Source: Gammaproteobacteria bacterium (lineage in GTDB: Bacteria > Pseudomonadota > Gammaproteobacteria > Arenicellales > Arenicellaceae). From it: a stretch of DNA of 64,000 bases. Both the position numbers and the translations under genes were made by a program. The DNA lies in NCBI GenBank assembly GCA_034110505.1, contig JAWUZB010000031.1, positions 4,809 through 68,808 of the forward strand, given 5' to 3'. Under the pieces are notes generated by a model. That model was not told the origin of the DNA. It ran no database searches and saw only the letters and a list, made by a program, of their open reading frames with translations. This document shows, in pieces, positions 20,905 to 29,663 of the stretch; positions within the stretch are counted from its first letter, which is position 1; the number at the start of each line of letters is the position of its first letter.

Positions 20905-22128
20905 ATGGCTAATTCAAAAAAAGATATCAAGAAAGTTGTACTTGCCTATTCAGGCGGCTTAGATACCTCAATCATTGTTCGGTGGTTGCAAGAAGAGTAT
21001 GACTGCGAGGTAGTTACTTTCACCGCCGACATCGGCCAAGGTGAGGAAGTAGAGCCCGCACGCGCTAAAGCCGAAGCGATGGGCGTCAAAAGTATCTATA
21101 TAGACGATCTGCGCGAAGAGTTCGCAGGCGATTATGTCTACCCAATGATGCGAGCTAATGCAATCTATGAAGGCGAATATCGGCTAGGCACATCGATTGC
21201 GCGTCCATTGATTGCTAAGCGGCTAATTGAAATTGCTAATGAGACTGGCGCTGATGCAATTTCGCATGGTGCTACCGGCAAAGGTAATGATCAGGTTCGT
21301 TTTGAGTTGGGTGCCTACGCACTGCGTCCAGACATTCAAATTATCGCGCCATGGCGCGAATGGGATTTGAATTCGCGAGACAAGTTACTGGCATATGCTG
21401 ACGCTAATCAAATCGTTGTCGAAAAGAAAGCCGATGGCAAGTCCTTGTATTCAATGGATGCCAATTTGCTGCACATCTCCTACGAGGGTGGCATTTTAGA
21501 AGATCCGTGGGCCGAGGCTGAAGACGATATGTGGCGTTGGACGGTTTCTCCTGAACAAGCGCCTGATAAAGCTCAATATGTTGAATTAGAATTTATTCAA
21601 GGCGATATCGTTGCAATTGATGGCGAGGCTATGAGCCCTGCTACGGTGATGGCTCGGTTGAATAAAGTTGGCGGAGAGCACGGTATTGGACGTGATGATA
21701 TCGTTGAAAATCGGTATGTTGGCATGAAATCACGTGGTTGCTACGAAACCCCAGCGGGTACTATCATGTTGCGCGCACATCGAGCGATGGAATCGTTAAC
21801 CTTAGACCGTGAAGTGGCTCACTTGAAAGATGAGTTGATGCCTAAATATGCAGAGTTAATTTATAACGGTTACTGGTGGAGCCCTGAGCGTGAAATGTTG
21901 CAGACCATGATCGACGAGTCGCAGAAGCACGTAAATGGCACGGTTCGCGTTAAGCTCTATAAAGGTATGGTCTATATTGCCGGTAGAAAATCTGACAAGG
22001 ACTCTTTGTTTGATGAGCGCATTGCTACCTTTGAAGATGATCAAGGCGCCTACAATCAAGCAGATGCTGAAGGCTTTATTAAGTTGAACGCGCTGCGCCT
22101 GCGGATCGGTGCAAAACGATCAAGCTAG
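20905..22128 (+). CDS. argG: Argininosuccinate synthase
   Basis: [35 protein letters not shown]. Confidence 0.98.
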   Translation: MANSKKDIKKVVLAYSGGLDTSIIVRWLQEEYDCEVVTFTADIGQGEEVEPARAKAEAMGVKSIYIDDLREEFAGDYVYPMMRANAIYEGEYRLGTSIARPLIAKRLIEIANETGADAISHGATGKGNDQVRFELGAYALRPDIQIIAPWREWDLNSRDKLLAYADANQIVVEKKADGKSLYSMDANLLHISYEGGILEDPWAEAEDDMWRWTVSPEQAPDKAQYVELEFIQGDIVAIDGEAMSPATVMARLNKVGGEHGIGRDDIVENRYVGMKSRGCYETPAGTIMLRAHRAMESLTLDREVAHLKDELMPKYAELIYNGYWWSPEREMLQTMIDESQKHVNGTVRVKLYKGMVYIAGRKSDKDSLFDERIATFEDDQGAYNQADAEGFIKLNALRLRIGAKRSS

Positions 22129-22131
22129 CGA

Positions 22132-22815
22132 TTGAATGATATAAGCGTGAACCAAGGCGTTACAATTATTGTGCCATTGCTGAATGAGCAAGCCGTGGTG
22201 CCCAGCTTGATTCAGCAACTTGCAGGCTTAGATGCCGAGCAAATTATTATTGTCGACGGTGGTAGTGTTGACAGAACTCGAGAGCTAGTCGAGGCGGCAG
22301 GTTATACGGTGATACAGAGCCCGGCTGGGCGTGCTCGGCAAATGAACGCTGGAGCTCAGCAGGCCACTCAAACTATGTTGCTTTTCTTGCATGCGGATAC
22401 AAGGCTGCCAAGAAATTATAAATTGGAGCTTGCTAGAGCTGACGTTTGGGGACGCTTCGATGTGCAATTCTCGAGTTCCTTGAGAATCATGAAAATGGTC
22501 GCTTTTTTTATAAATTTACGTTCGCGAATCAGTGGCGTTGCGACTGGCGACCAAGCTATTTTTATAGACCGAGATGCATTTCATGCTATCGGTGGCTTCC
22601 CTGATTTTCCGATAATGGAGGATGTAGCCTTATGTAAGCGCCTGCGATATATGCACCGTCCTTTTAGTTCCAGAGCAAGAGTTGTTACCAGCGCTCGGCG
22701 TTGGGAACAAAATGGAGTTGCTTCAACTATCGTTAAAATGTGGTGGTATCGATTAGCATATTTTTTCGGTGTATCACCATTAAAGCTGAAGCAAGGTTAT
22801 CGTGATGTTCGCTGA
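22132..22815 (+). CDS. GT2 glycosyltransferase, TIGR04283-like (rSAM/arsenosugar-associated transferase 2)
   Basis: VPLLNE, VDGGSVD, GRARQMNAGA, LLFLHADT, GDQAIF, PIMEDV, TSARRW. Confidence 0.88.
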   Translation: MNDISVNQGVTIIVPLLNEQAVVPSLIQQLAGLDAEQIIIVDGGSVDRTRELVEAAGYTVIQSPAGRARQMNAGAQQATQTMLLFLHADTRLPRNYKLELARADVWGRFDVQFSSSLRIMKMVAFFINLRSRISGVATGDQAIFIDRDAFHAIGGFPDFPIMEDVALCKRLRYMHRPFSSRARVVTSARRWEQNGVASTIVKMWWYRLAYFFGVSPLKLKQGYRDVR

Positions 22816-23443
22816 TATGCCGCTACTATTGTTTGCCAAAGCGCCTATTGCCGGCAAGGTAAAAACACGTTTAATGTCTGATTGCTCCGCTGAGCAAGCT
22901 GCCGAAATTGCTAAACTGCTGATGGAAGCCTCGATACAGCGAGCTTGCAAGTTTTGGCCTGGCCAAGTTTATTTATCGGCTTGGCTAGACTTGGATCACC
23001 CGTTTTTTACCGACATGCTACAACGTTATCGGATAAAAATAACTCAGCAATGCGAGGGTGACTTGGGTGAAAAGATGCGTCATGCATTGTCCCGCTTTGG
23101 TTATCCGGCCGCGGTAATGGGCTGTGATGCTCCGCACACCAAAGGTGTTACTTTGCAGCGAGCGTTTGCATTACTGCAAAATGGAGAGTCTGTTATAGGG
23201 CCCTCGGAAGATGGTGGCTATTATCTTCTCGGTCTCTGCAGCGCGGCCGATGGCTTATTTGTCGATAAACCGTGGGGCCAAAATACAGTTCTCGAAACAA
23301 CACTCGCTAGTGCCGATCAAGCCGCGCTAAGACTTACCTCTTTGTCAACATTGAATGATGTCGATGAGTGGCAAGACTTACTAGATGCATCAGCCCAATT
23401 ACCAAGCTTGCAAACGTACTTACAAGCTCAGAATTTAGTGTAA
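22802..23443 (+). CDS. TIGR04282/DUF2064-like transferase (CofC-like fold)
   Basis: FAKAPIAGKVKTRL, QCEGDLGEKM, GCDAP, GPSEDGGYYLLG, DVDEWQDL; overlaps the partner gene. Confidence 0.88.
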   Translation: MMFADMPLLLFAKAPIAGKVKTRLMSDCSAEQAAEIAKLLMEASIQRACKFWPGQVYLSAWLDLDHPFFTDMLQRYRIKITQQCEGDLGEKMRHALSRFGYPAAVMGCDAPHTKGVTLQRAFALLQNGESVIGPSEDGGYYLLGLCSAADGLFVDKPWGQNTVLETTLASADQAALRLTSLSTLNDVDEWQDLLDASAQLPSLQTYLQAQNLV

Positions 23444-23465
23444 CAGGCTAAGTTTTGGTTACTGC

Positions 23466-24032
23466 TTAGGCCGCAATGAACTTTAGCGCTACGCCATTAT
23501 TACAGTAGCGTAGATTGGTCGGTGCTGGGCCGTCTTTAAATACATGACCTTGATGCCCGCCGCAGCGTGAACAATGATACTCAGTACGGGGTAGAATCAG
23601 TTTGAAGTCGCGTTTAGTAGTGATGCGCCCTTCAATTTTGTCGAAGAAGCTCGGCCAGCCAGTACCGCTGTCAAATTTCTGAGCTGCTGTAAACAAGGCT
23701 AAACCACAACCAGCGCAAGCATATTGGCCATCGCGCTTCTCGTCGTTAAGCTCACTGGTAAAAGCACGCTCTGTACCTTCTGAGCGCAGCACATAGAATG
23801 CTTCTTCGCTTAGGCGCTCACGCCATTCGTCTTTGCTCAATTGGAACGCTTCGATAGCACTCGGGTTGGCTTCTAAACTGGTACTTTTTTTCAAAATTGG
23901 GGCGTCTGTCATAGCGTTTTGCGTTTGCGTTTCTTTTTTAGGATCGCTCTCTTGTGCTTTCAACCAACTAATGCCGGTAACGCCGACAATAAGGCTTGTT
24001 GCTGAAGCTGAGAGTAATGTTCGTCTATTCAT
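23466..24032 (-). CDS. msrB: Peptide-methionine (R)-sulfoxide reductase with a twin-arginine-like signal
   Basis: GTERAF, CAGC, KFDSGTGWPSF, CSRCGGHQGHVF, RYCNNG; N-terminus MNRRTLL plus a hydrophobic stretch. Confidence 0.95.
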   Translation of the reverse strand: MNRRTLLSASATSLIVGVTGISWLKAQESDPKKETQTQNAMTDAPILKKSTSLEANPSAIEAFQLSKDEWRERLSEEAFYVLRSEGTERAFTSELNDEKRDGQYACAGCGLALFTAAQKFDSGTGWPSFFDKIEGRITTKRDFKLILPRTEYHCSRCGGHQGHVFKDGPAPTNLRYCNNGVALKFIAA

Positions 24033-24184
24033 AGTTATAATACACTTAATTATAGCAAGCTAGGCGTGATCGCCGCGCTATTGGTTGATGATGTTGGTTT
24101 ATAGACCTGCTCTGTTGGCGAGAACTTACCGCCAATATGGTATTATTCACGGCTAAATATAAACACTGATCGCGTTAATTTTCT

Positions 24185-25111
24185 GTGCAAAAAAGTCCTC
24201 TATCATCTTTTCTAAGCCCCAAATATTGGCCTACTTGGTTTGCTTTGGGTTTTTTTCGTGTAATCAGTTTTCTTCCGCTACCGGTGATTGCGGTGTTAGG
24301 CCAATCAGTGGGCTTGCTCTTTTATATTCTTGGAGCATCTAGGCGGCGAATAGCATTACGAAATATCTCGGTTTGTTTTCCTGAACTGCCAGCGCATGAA
24401 TGGCGAAAAATCAACCGGCAACATTATCAGATGGCGGGCCAATCGCTATTCACAGTGCCGATGAATTGGTGGATTTCTGAAAAGAGGTTCAATCGAATGG
24501 TCACGGTTTATGGACGAGAAGATTACGATCAGGCTTTGGCGTCAGGTCGTAATATCATAATTTTAGCGCCACATTTTGCTGCGCTTGACGTGGCAGGTTA
24601 TACGCTGGCACAAGAGCGACCAACGCTGACCATGTACCAGTATGCTAAAAACGGTTTGGTCGACGAGGTGGTTAAACGAGGTCGTTTACGCTACGGAGGA
24701 GAGCTTGTAGAGCGCAAAGCTCCTATGCGAAATTTGATTCGAGCAATCCGTACAGGCCAGCCCTTTTACTATTTGCCAGACCAAGATGCAGGGCGCAAAG
24801 GACTTTTCGTGCCGTTCTTTCATGAGCTGGCGTCAACCTACTCTGTGCTCGGAAAGTTTGCAGCAATGACTGATGCTTTGGTCGTTCCTTGTAGAACTCG
24901 AATAAAGCCTTGGGGGCAGGGCTACGAGATTTTTTTGAGCCCTCCGCTTGAGAATTTCCCGACGGGTGACGAAGGTCAAGACACCACAAGAATGAACCAA
25001 GAAGTTGCGAATTTAATTAGGCCTAACCCTGAGCAATATTTTTGGGTGCATAAACGATTCAAAACGCGCCCTCTTGAGGACGTTGAAAAAAATGTTAAAT
25101 TTTATCAATAG
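24185..25111 (+). CDS. lpxL: Lipid A late acyltransferase (LpxL/HtrB family)
   Basis: PKYWPTW, HFAALD (HxxxxD), YLPDQD, PEQYFWVHKRFKTRP. Confidence 0.88.
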   Translation: MQKSPLSSFLSPKYWPTWFALGFFRVISFLPLPVIAVLGQSVGLLFYILGASRRRIALRNISVCFPELPAHEWRKINRQHYQMAGQSLFTVPMNWWISEKRFNRMVTVYGREDYDQALASGRNIIILAPHFAALDVAGYTLAQERPTLTMYQYAKNGLVDEVVKRGRLRYGGELVERKAPMRNLIRAIRTGQPFYYLPDQDAGRKGLFVPFFHELASTYSVLGKFAAMTDALVVPCRTRIKPWGQGYEIFLSPPLENFPTGDEGQDTTRMNQEVANLIRPNPEQYFWVHKRFKTRPLEDVEKNVKFYQ

Positions 25112-25173
25112 ATTTTTATTGCTCTGTTAAGTTGATAAGCCCTCAGTCTACAAGTAAACTGATGCATTATTAG

Positions 25174-25201
25174 AAAAAGGCCGTGCTTGCGGCCTTTTTT
25201 T
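25174..25201. terminator. Bidirectional rho-independent terminator between the convergent lpxL and trkH
   Basis: aaaaaggccg-tgcttg-cggccttttttt. Confidence 0.85.
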
Positions 25202-25269
25202 GTACCAATCTATCTCCTAGAAACCCGCTGAAGCCGTTCTAAATTAAGTTCAATTTTTTTGATGCGTGG

Positions 25270-26721
25270 TTAATCTCGCCAGAATGTGCTGGTGAAAAGT
25301 ACTAAAAGGGTAAATAGTTCAAGTCGGCCTAGCAACATTGCAAATGATAAAATCCATTTGGCGGTGTCATTTATATTGGCGTAGTTATCGGCTACTCCAG
25401 CCAGGCCTGGTCCGAGGTTGTTTAAGCATGCGGCCGCGGCCGAGAATGCGGTTATCCAGTCTAAACCAGCCGCGCTCAGAGCAAACCCGGTAAGCGCAAA
25501 GGAAAGGATATACATCGAGAAGAAGGCCGTCACAGCACTAATAACCTTGTCGCTAATGACTTGCTTGCCCGACTTTATAGACAACACCGCGTTTGGATGT
25601 ACTAGTCGCACTATTTCATTGCGACCCTGTTTGTACATTAATTGGATGCGCATTACTTTCATGCCGCCAGCGGTTGAGCCGGCACAGCCGCCCATGAAAC
25701 TTAATAAGATTAACAGTACTGGTAACGCGCCAGGCCACCAAGCAAAGCCACTAGATGTAAAGCCGGTAGTCGTGACTATCGAAATTAAGTGGAATAAGCC
25801 TTGGCGTGCCGCTTGAGTGCTACTGCTGTATATGTTTTGAGAAATCAATGCGGCGATTACTACGATCGAAGTAAGTGCCAAAATCGATAAGAAGAAGCGG
25901 TATTCGCTATCCCGAAGGTAGGGCAAGATCGATTTATTACGCCAGGCTATAAAATGTAACGAAAAATTAGCTGAAGCTATCAGCATAAAAACCATCGCCA
26001 CTGTTTCGATGGCCGCGCTGTCAAAAAAACCGAGACTTTCATCATGGGGTGAGAATCCGCCAATTGCCACTGTCGAGAAGGCATGGCAAATTGCATCGAA
26101 CAGACTCATACCCGCAGCCCAATACGCCAGCATGCACATTATCGTGATGCCAAAATAGATGTACCAAAGTGCTTTTGCGCTCTCGGTTATTCTCGGTGTA
26201 AGCTTACTGTCCTTCATCGGCCCAGGCGTTTCGGCCCGATATAACTGCATGCCGCCAATGCCGAGCATAGGCATGATCGCTACCGCCAAAACGACGATAC
26301 CCATTCCTCCCAGCCACTGCAATTGTTGGCGGTAATAAAGGGTAGACTGAGGTAATGTGTCGAGGCTGGTTAGTATGGTGCCGCCAGTGGTGGTGAGACC
26401 CGACATAGACTCAAAAAAAGCATCGGTTATCGACAGAGAATGGAGGCTTGAAAATAAAAATGGCAGTGCTCCGAAGGTCGCTAGTACGGTCCAAAAGAGA
26501 ACCACAACTAAGAATCCATCTCGGTATCGTAAATCACGCTTACTTCGCCGAACTGGTGCCCACATCATTAGGCCAGTCAGCAGCGTTACCGAAAATGAGA
26601 CCATGAATGGAAAACTGTTTCCATCGTTGTAAATCAACGATACGAGTAACGGTGTAAGGTGTGTAACGCTGAAGATAATCAGCAGTACCCCTAGAATTTT
26701 TAGAACGGTTTGATACTGCAT
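25270..26721 (-). CDS. trkH: Trk potassium uptake membrane protein
   Basis: FFESMSGLTTTG, LQWLGGMG, STVAIGGFS, GGCAGSTAGGMK, LNNLGPGL, GRLE. Confidence 0.97.
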   Translation of the reverse strand: MQYQTVLKILGVLLIIFSVTHLTPLLVSLIYNDGNSFPFMVSFSVTLLTGLMMWAPVRRSKRDLRYRDGFLVVVLFWTVLATFGALPFLFSSLHSLSITDAFFESMSGLTTTGGTILTSLDTLPQSTLYYRQQLQWLGGMGIVVLAVAIMPMLGIGGMQLYRAETPGPMKDSKLTPRITESAKALWYIYFGITIMCMLAYWAAGMSLFDAICHAFSTVAIGGFSPHDESLGFFDSAAIETVAMVFMLIASANFSLHFIAWRNKSILPYLRDSEYRFFLSILALTSIVVIAALISQNIYSSSTQAARQGLFHLISIVTTTGFTSSGFAWWPGALPVLLILLSFMGGCAGSTAGGMKVMRIQLMYKQGRNEIVRLVHPNAVLSIKSGKQVISDKVISAVTAFFSMYILSFALTGFALSAAGLDWITAFSAAAACLNNLGPGLAGVADNYANINDTAKWILSFAMLLGRLELFTLLVLFTSTFWRD

Positions 26722-26750
26722 CTTTTGCTCATTTGATGGTTTTCTTAGCG

Positions 26751-28130
26751 CTAGATGAATGTTACGGCGACCTGAAATAAGGCCTCAACATCGGCGATAC
26801 ACGACTTATTATCCATAAAAACAATAACGTGATCTTCGGGTTCAATGATGGTATTTATGTTTGGAATAATAACTTTTTTATCTCGCACTATTGCGCCAAC
26901 ACCGGTGCCTTTTGGGAAAGGTATTTCGCGAACGCCTTTGCCAATTACTTTGGATGAGCTGGCGTCGCCATGCGCAATCGCTTCAATCGCCTCGGCACGG
27001 CCGCGCCTTAGTGAATGAACCGCAACCACATCACCACGACGAATATGCGCCAGCACACTACCAATAGTGGCGGTCCGAGGTGAGATAATTACGTCGATAT
27101 CTCGGTGTTGTAGATGTTCTACATAGGCTGGTTTGTTGACCAACGCCATCACTCGCTTGGCACCTAATTGCTTGGCCAAATTGGCGGATAAAATATTTAT
27201 TTCATCTTTTTCGGTAACCGCACAAAACACATCTGCGGCTTCAATGTTTTCTTGTAACAGAAGGCTAGCATCAGCGGCATCACCGTTAAATACAATGGTA
27301 TTGCCGATTGACTCGGCGATCTTCTTCGCTCGGGAGGCTTTCATTTCAATCAACTTCACGCTGTAGCCTTTGCGTTCTAACTCGCGCGCTAAATCTAAGC
27401 CAATATTGCCACCGCCGGCGATAAAAATGCGTTTGGTTTTATCACTTACACCACGCATTGCTCTCATGACTTTGCCGATGTGCTCTCGGGCCGCGACAAA
27501 GAACACCTCATCATTTTCTAGAATAACGGTTTCTGACTTAGGTGTAATAACCTCGCCATCACGGTAAATAGCTGCGACACGCGTTTCGACCCCTGGCATA
27601 TGATCTTTAAGTTCTTCAAGTGGGCAGTCAATTAAGGCTCCGCCAGCTACGGCTTTAACACCGACTAGTTGAACTAAGCCGTCGGCAAAATCGAGAACCT
27701 GCAAGGCACCGGGAAATTCGATTAGGCTAGTAATATGGTCACGAACGATTTTTTCAGGCGAGATAACTACGTCGACATGAAAGCCTGATTCCTTGGTAAA
27801 TAACTCCGGATTGTTTAAATACTCCTTCGAGCGTAAGCGTGCTATTTTCGTTGGCGTGGCGAAAAATGTCTCTGCGATTTGGCAAGCGACTAAGTTTACT
27901 TCATCGTTGTTGGTAACGGCTAAAATCAGAGAAGCATCTTCCGCACCTGCGGCTCTTAACACCGACGGGTGAGCCGCACTGCCGGTGACGGTACGAATGT
28001 CTAGACGATTTTGTAGCTGCTGCAACATAGCGCTGTCTACATCGACAACGGTAACATCGTTTTCTTCACCAACGAGCACCTCAGCAATCGATACGCCGAC
28101 TTGGCTGGCACCTAAGATAAGAATTTTCAT
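26751..28130 (-). CDS. trkA: Trk potassium uptake NAD-binding subunit
   Basis: Two RCK domains (KILILGASQVG; IAGGGNIG), RRGRAEAIEAIAHGD. Confidence 0.97.
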   Translation of the reverse strand: MKILILGASQVGVSIAEVLVGEENDVTVVDVDSAMLQQLQNRLDIRTVTGSAAHPSVLRAAGAEDASLILAVTNNDEVNLVACQIAETFFATPTKIARLRSKEYLNNPELFTKESGFHVDVVISPEKIVRDHITSLIEFPGALQVLDFADGLVQLVGVKAVAGGALIDCPLEELKDHMPGVETRVAAIYRDGEVITPKSETVILENDEVFFVAAREHIGKVMRAMRGVSDKTKRIFIAGGGNIGLDLARELERKGYSVKLIEMKASRAKKIAESIGNTIVFNGDAADASLLLQENIEAADVFCAVTEKDEINILSANLAKQLGAKRVMALVNKPAYVEHLQHRDIDVIISPRTATIGSVLAHIRRGDVVAVHSLRRGRAEAIEAIAHGDASSSKVIGKGVREIPFPKGTGVGAIVRDKKVIIPNINTIIEPEDHVIVFMDNKSCIADVEALFQVAVTFI

Positions 28131-28160
28131 TATGAGTTTATTTTAACACTGACTAAAAAA

Positions 28161-29561
28161 TTATTTTGCGTCTCGAGCATTGATATCTAAACTCTTGAGC
28201 TTTCGGTATAAATGGGTTCGTTCTAGCCCGACCTTTTTAGCCAGCTGGCTGACATTGCCGTCGACCGTGGCAAGGTGATGGGTCAGATAGGCTCGTTCGA
28301 ATTCTTCTTTCGCTTTACGCATATCACCGTCAAAATAGTCCGGCAACTGAGCCGACTTTTGGCGCATATCAAGATCGCCGCCGAATGCAGATTTGACACT
28401 GTCTATGCTGATCTCATCTCCATTGTTGAGGACTAATAGTCGTTGAATTATATTTTGTAACTGGCGTACATTGCCAGGCCACTTGTATTCAATTAGAGCG
28501 CTCATCGCATCGCTTGTGATGGTTGGAATTTCTAATTGATTTTTACTCGCGACATCGTCGATGAATAATTCAATTAGTTCAGGCAAATCTTTTCTACGCT
28601 GGCGCAGCGCAGGCACTTGGATCGGGATCACGTTTAAACGGTAGTATAGATCTTCGCTGAAGTTGCCTTCATTCACTGCTTTTTGCGGGTTACCGCTGGT
28701 AGTAACGATCACTCGTACATCTAGCTCGATATATTCATTGCCGCCGAGACGTAAAAATTGACGTTCTTGCAAAGCGCTCAAGAGCATATTCTGCGTTTCT
28801 AAGTTTAGACCAAGCACTTCATTAATAAATAGCGTGCCGCCTTTGGCTTGTTCAAATCGTCCAAGTACTACTTTGCCTTCGACTTGGCTGCCAAACAATG
28901 CTTGCGCAACGCCGTCGCTAGGCATCGCGGCTAAATTAAGTTCGACAAACGCGGCGCTCGAACGGGGGCTGTTCTCGTGCACCTTTTGTGCCACCAAATG
29001 CTTGCCGGTACCTGACTCACCAGTGATGAAAACCCAGCTATCGGTCGGCCCTAGCAATTGAATGTGTCGCAACAATTCACGGCTCGAATCACTATTGGAG
29101 ATCATCGGGGATTTGTATTGTAAACGCGATTTAAGCTGCTTATTCTCTTCGCGTAACAAGGCGTTTTCTAAACCTCGCTCGACGCTGAGTAATAGTTTAC
29201 CGGTTGATAAAGGTTTTTCAAGAAAATCGTAAGCGCCTAGTTTTACCGCTTCAACCGCATTTTCGACCGTGCCGTGACCTGAGATCATGACTACTGGAGT
29301 GTCCCCCAATACTTGATTTTCAACCCAGTCTTTAAGTACCGAGATACCATCTTCTTTGGGCATCCATATATCGAGTAAAACTAGGTTCGGTTGGTCTTCT
29401 CTGAATCGGATTCGTGCTTGGTCAGCGTTTTCAGCAACGCTGACGCTGTATCCTTCGTCTTGTAGTATGTCTTGTAGGATATTGCGAATATCCGGCTCGT
29501 CGTCGACCACTAATATGTGTTGACGATCTGTATTCATCGAACTATTCATCGAACTATTCAC
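28161..29561 (-). CDS. ntrX: NtrX-like response regulator (REC, AAA+, Fis HTH); start ambiguous (29561/29549/29537)
   Basis: ILVVDDEPDI, LLDIWMP, GESGTGK, EDLYYRLNV, WPGNVRQL, GLERTHLYRKL; follows an NtrY-like kinase. Confidence 0.85.
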   Translation of the reverse strand: MNSSMNSSMNTDRQHILVVDDEPDIRNILQDILQDEGYSVSVAENADQARIRFREDQPNLVLLDIWMPKEDGISVLKDWVENQVLGDTPVVMISGHGTVENAVEAVKLGAYDFLEKPLSTGKLLLSVERGLENALLREENKQLKSRLQYKSPMISNSDSSRELLRHIQLLGPTDSWVFITGESGTGKHLVAQKVHENSPRSSAAFVELNLAAMPSDGVAQALFGSQVEGKVVLGRFEQAKGGTLFINEVLGLNLETQNMLLSALQERQFLRLGGNEYIELDVRVIVTTSGNPQKAVNEGNFSEDLYYRLNVIPIQVPALRQRRKDLPELIELFIDDVASKNQLEIPTITSDAMSALIEYKWPGNVRQLQNIIQRLLVLNNGDEISIDSVKSAFGGDLDMRQKSAQLPDYFDGDMRKAKEEFERAYLTHHLATVDGNVSQLAKKVGLERTHLYRKLKSLDINARDAK

Positions 29562-29663
29562 TCAGTTAAGAAGAGGGTTGTTGCTTGAATTTAGACATTT
29601 ATCGAATCGGCGAAGTTGTTAATTACCAAGAACGACTAGCTTATTGATCTGGCAAGCCATCTA

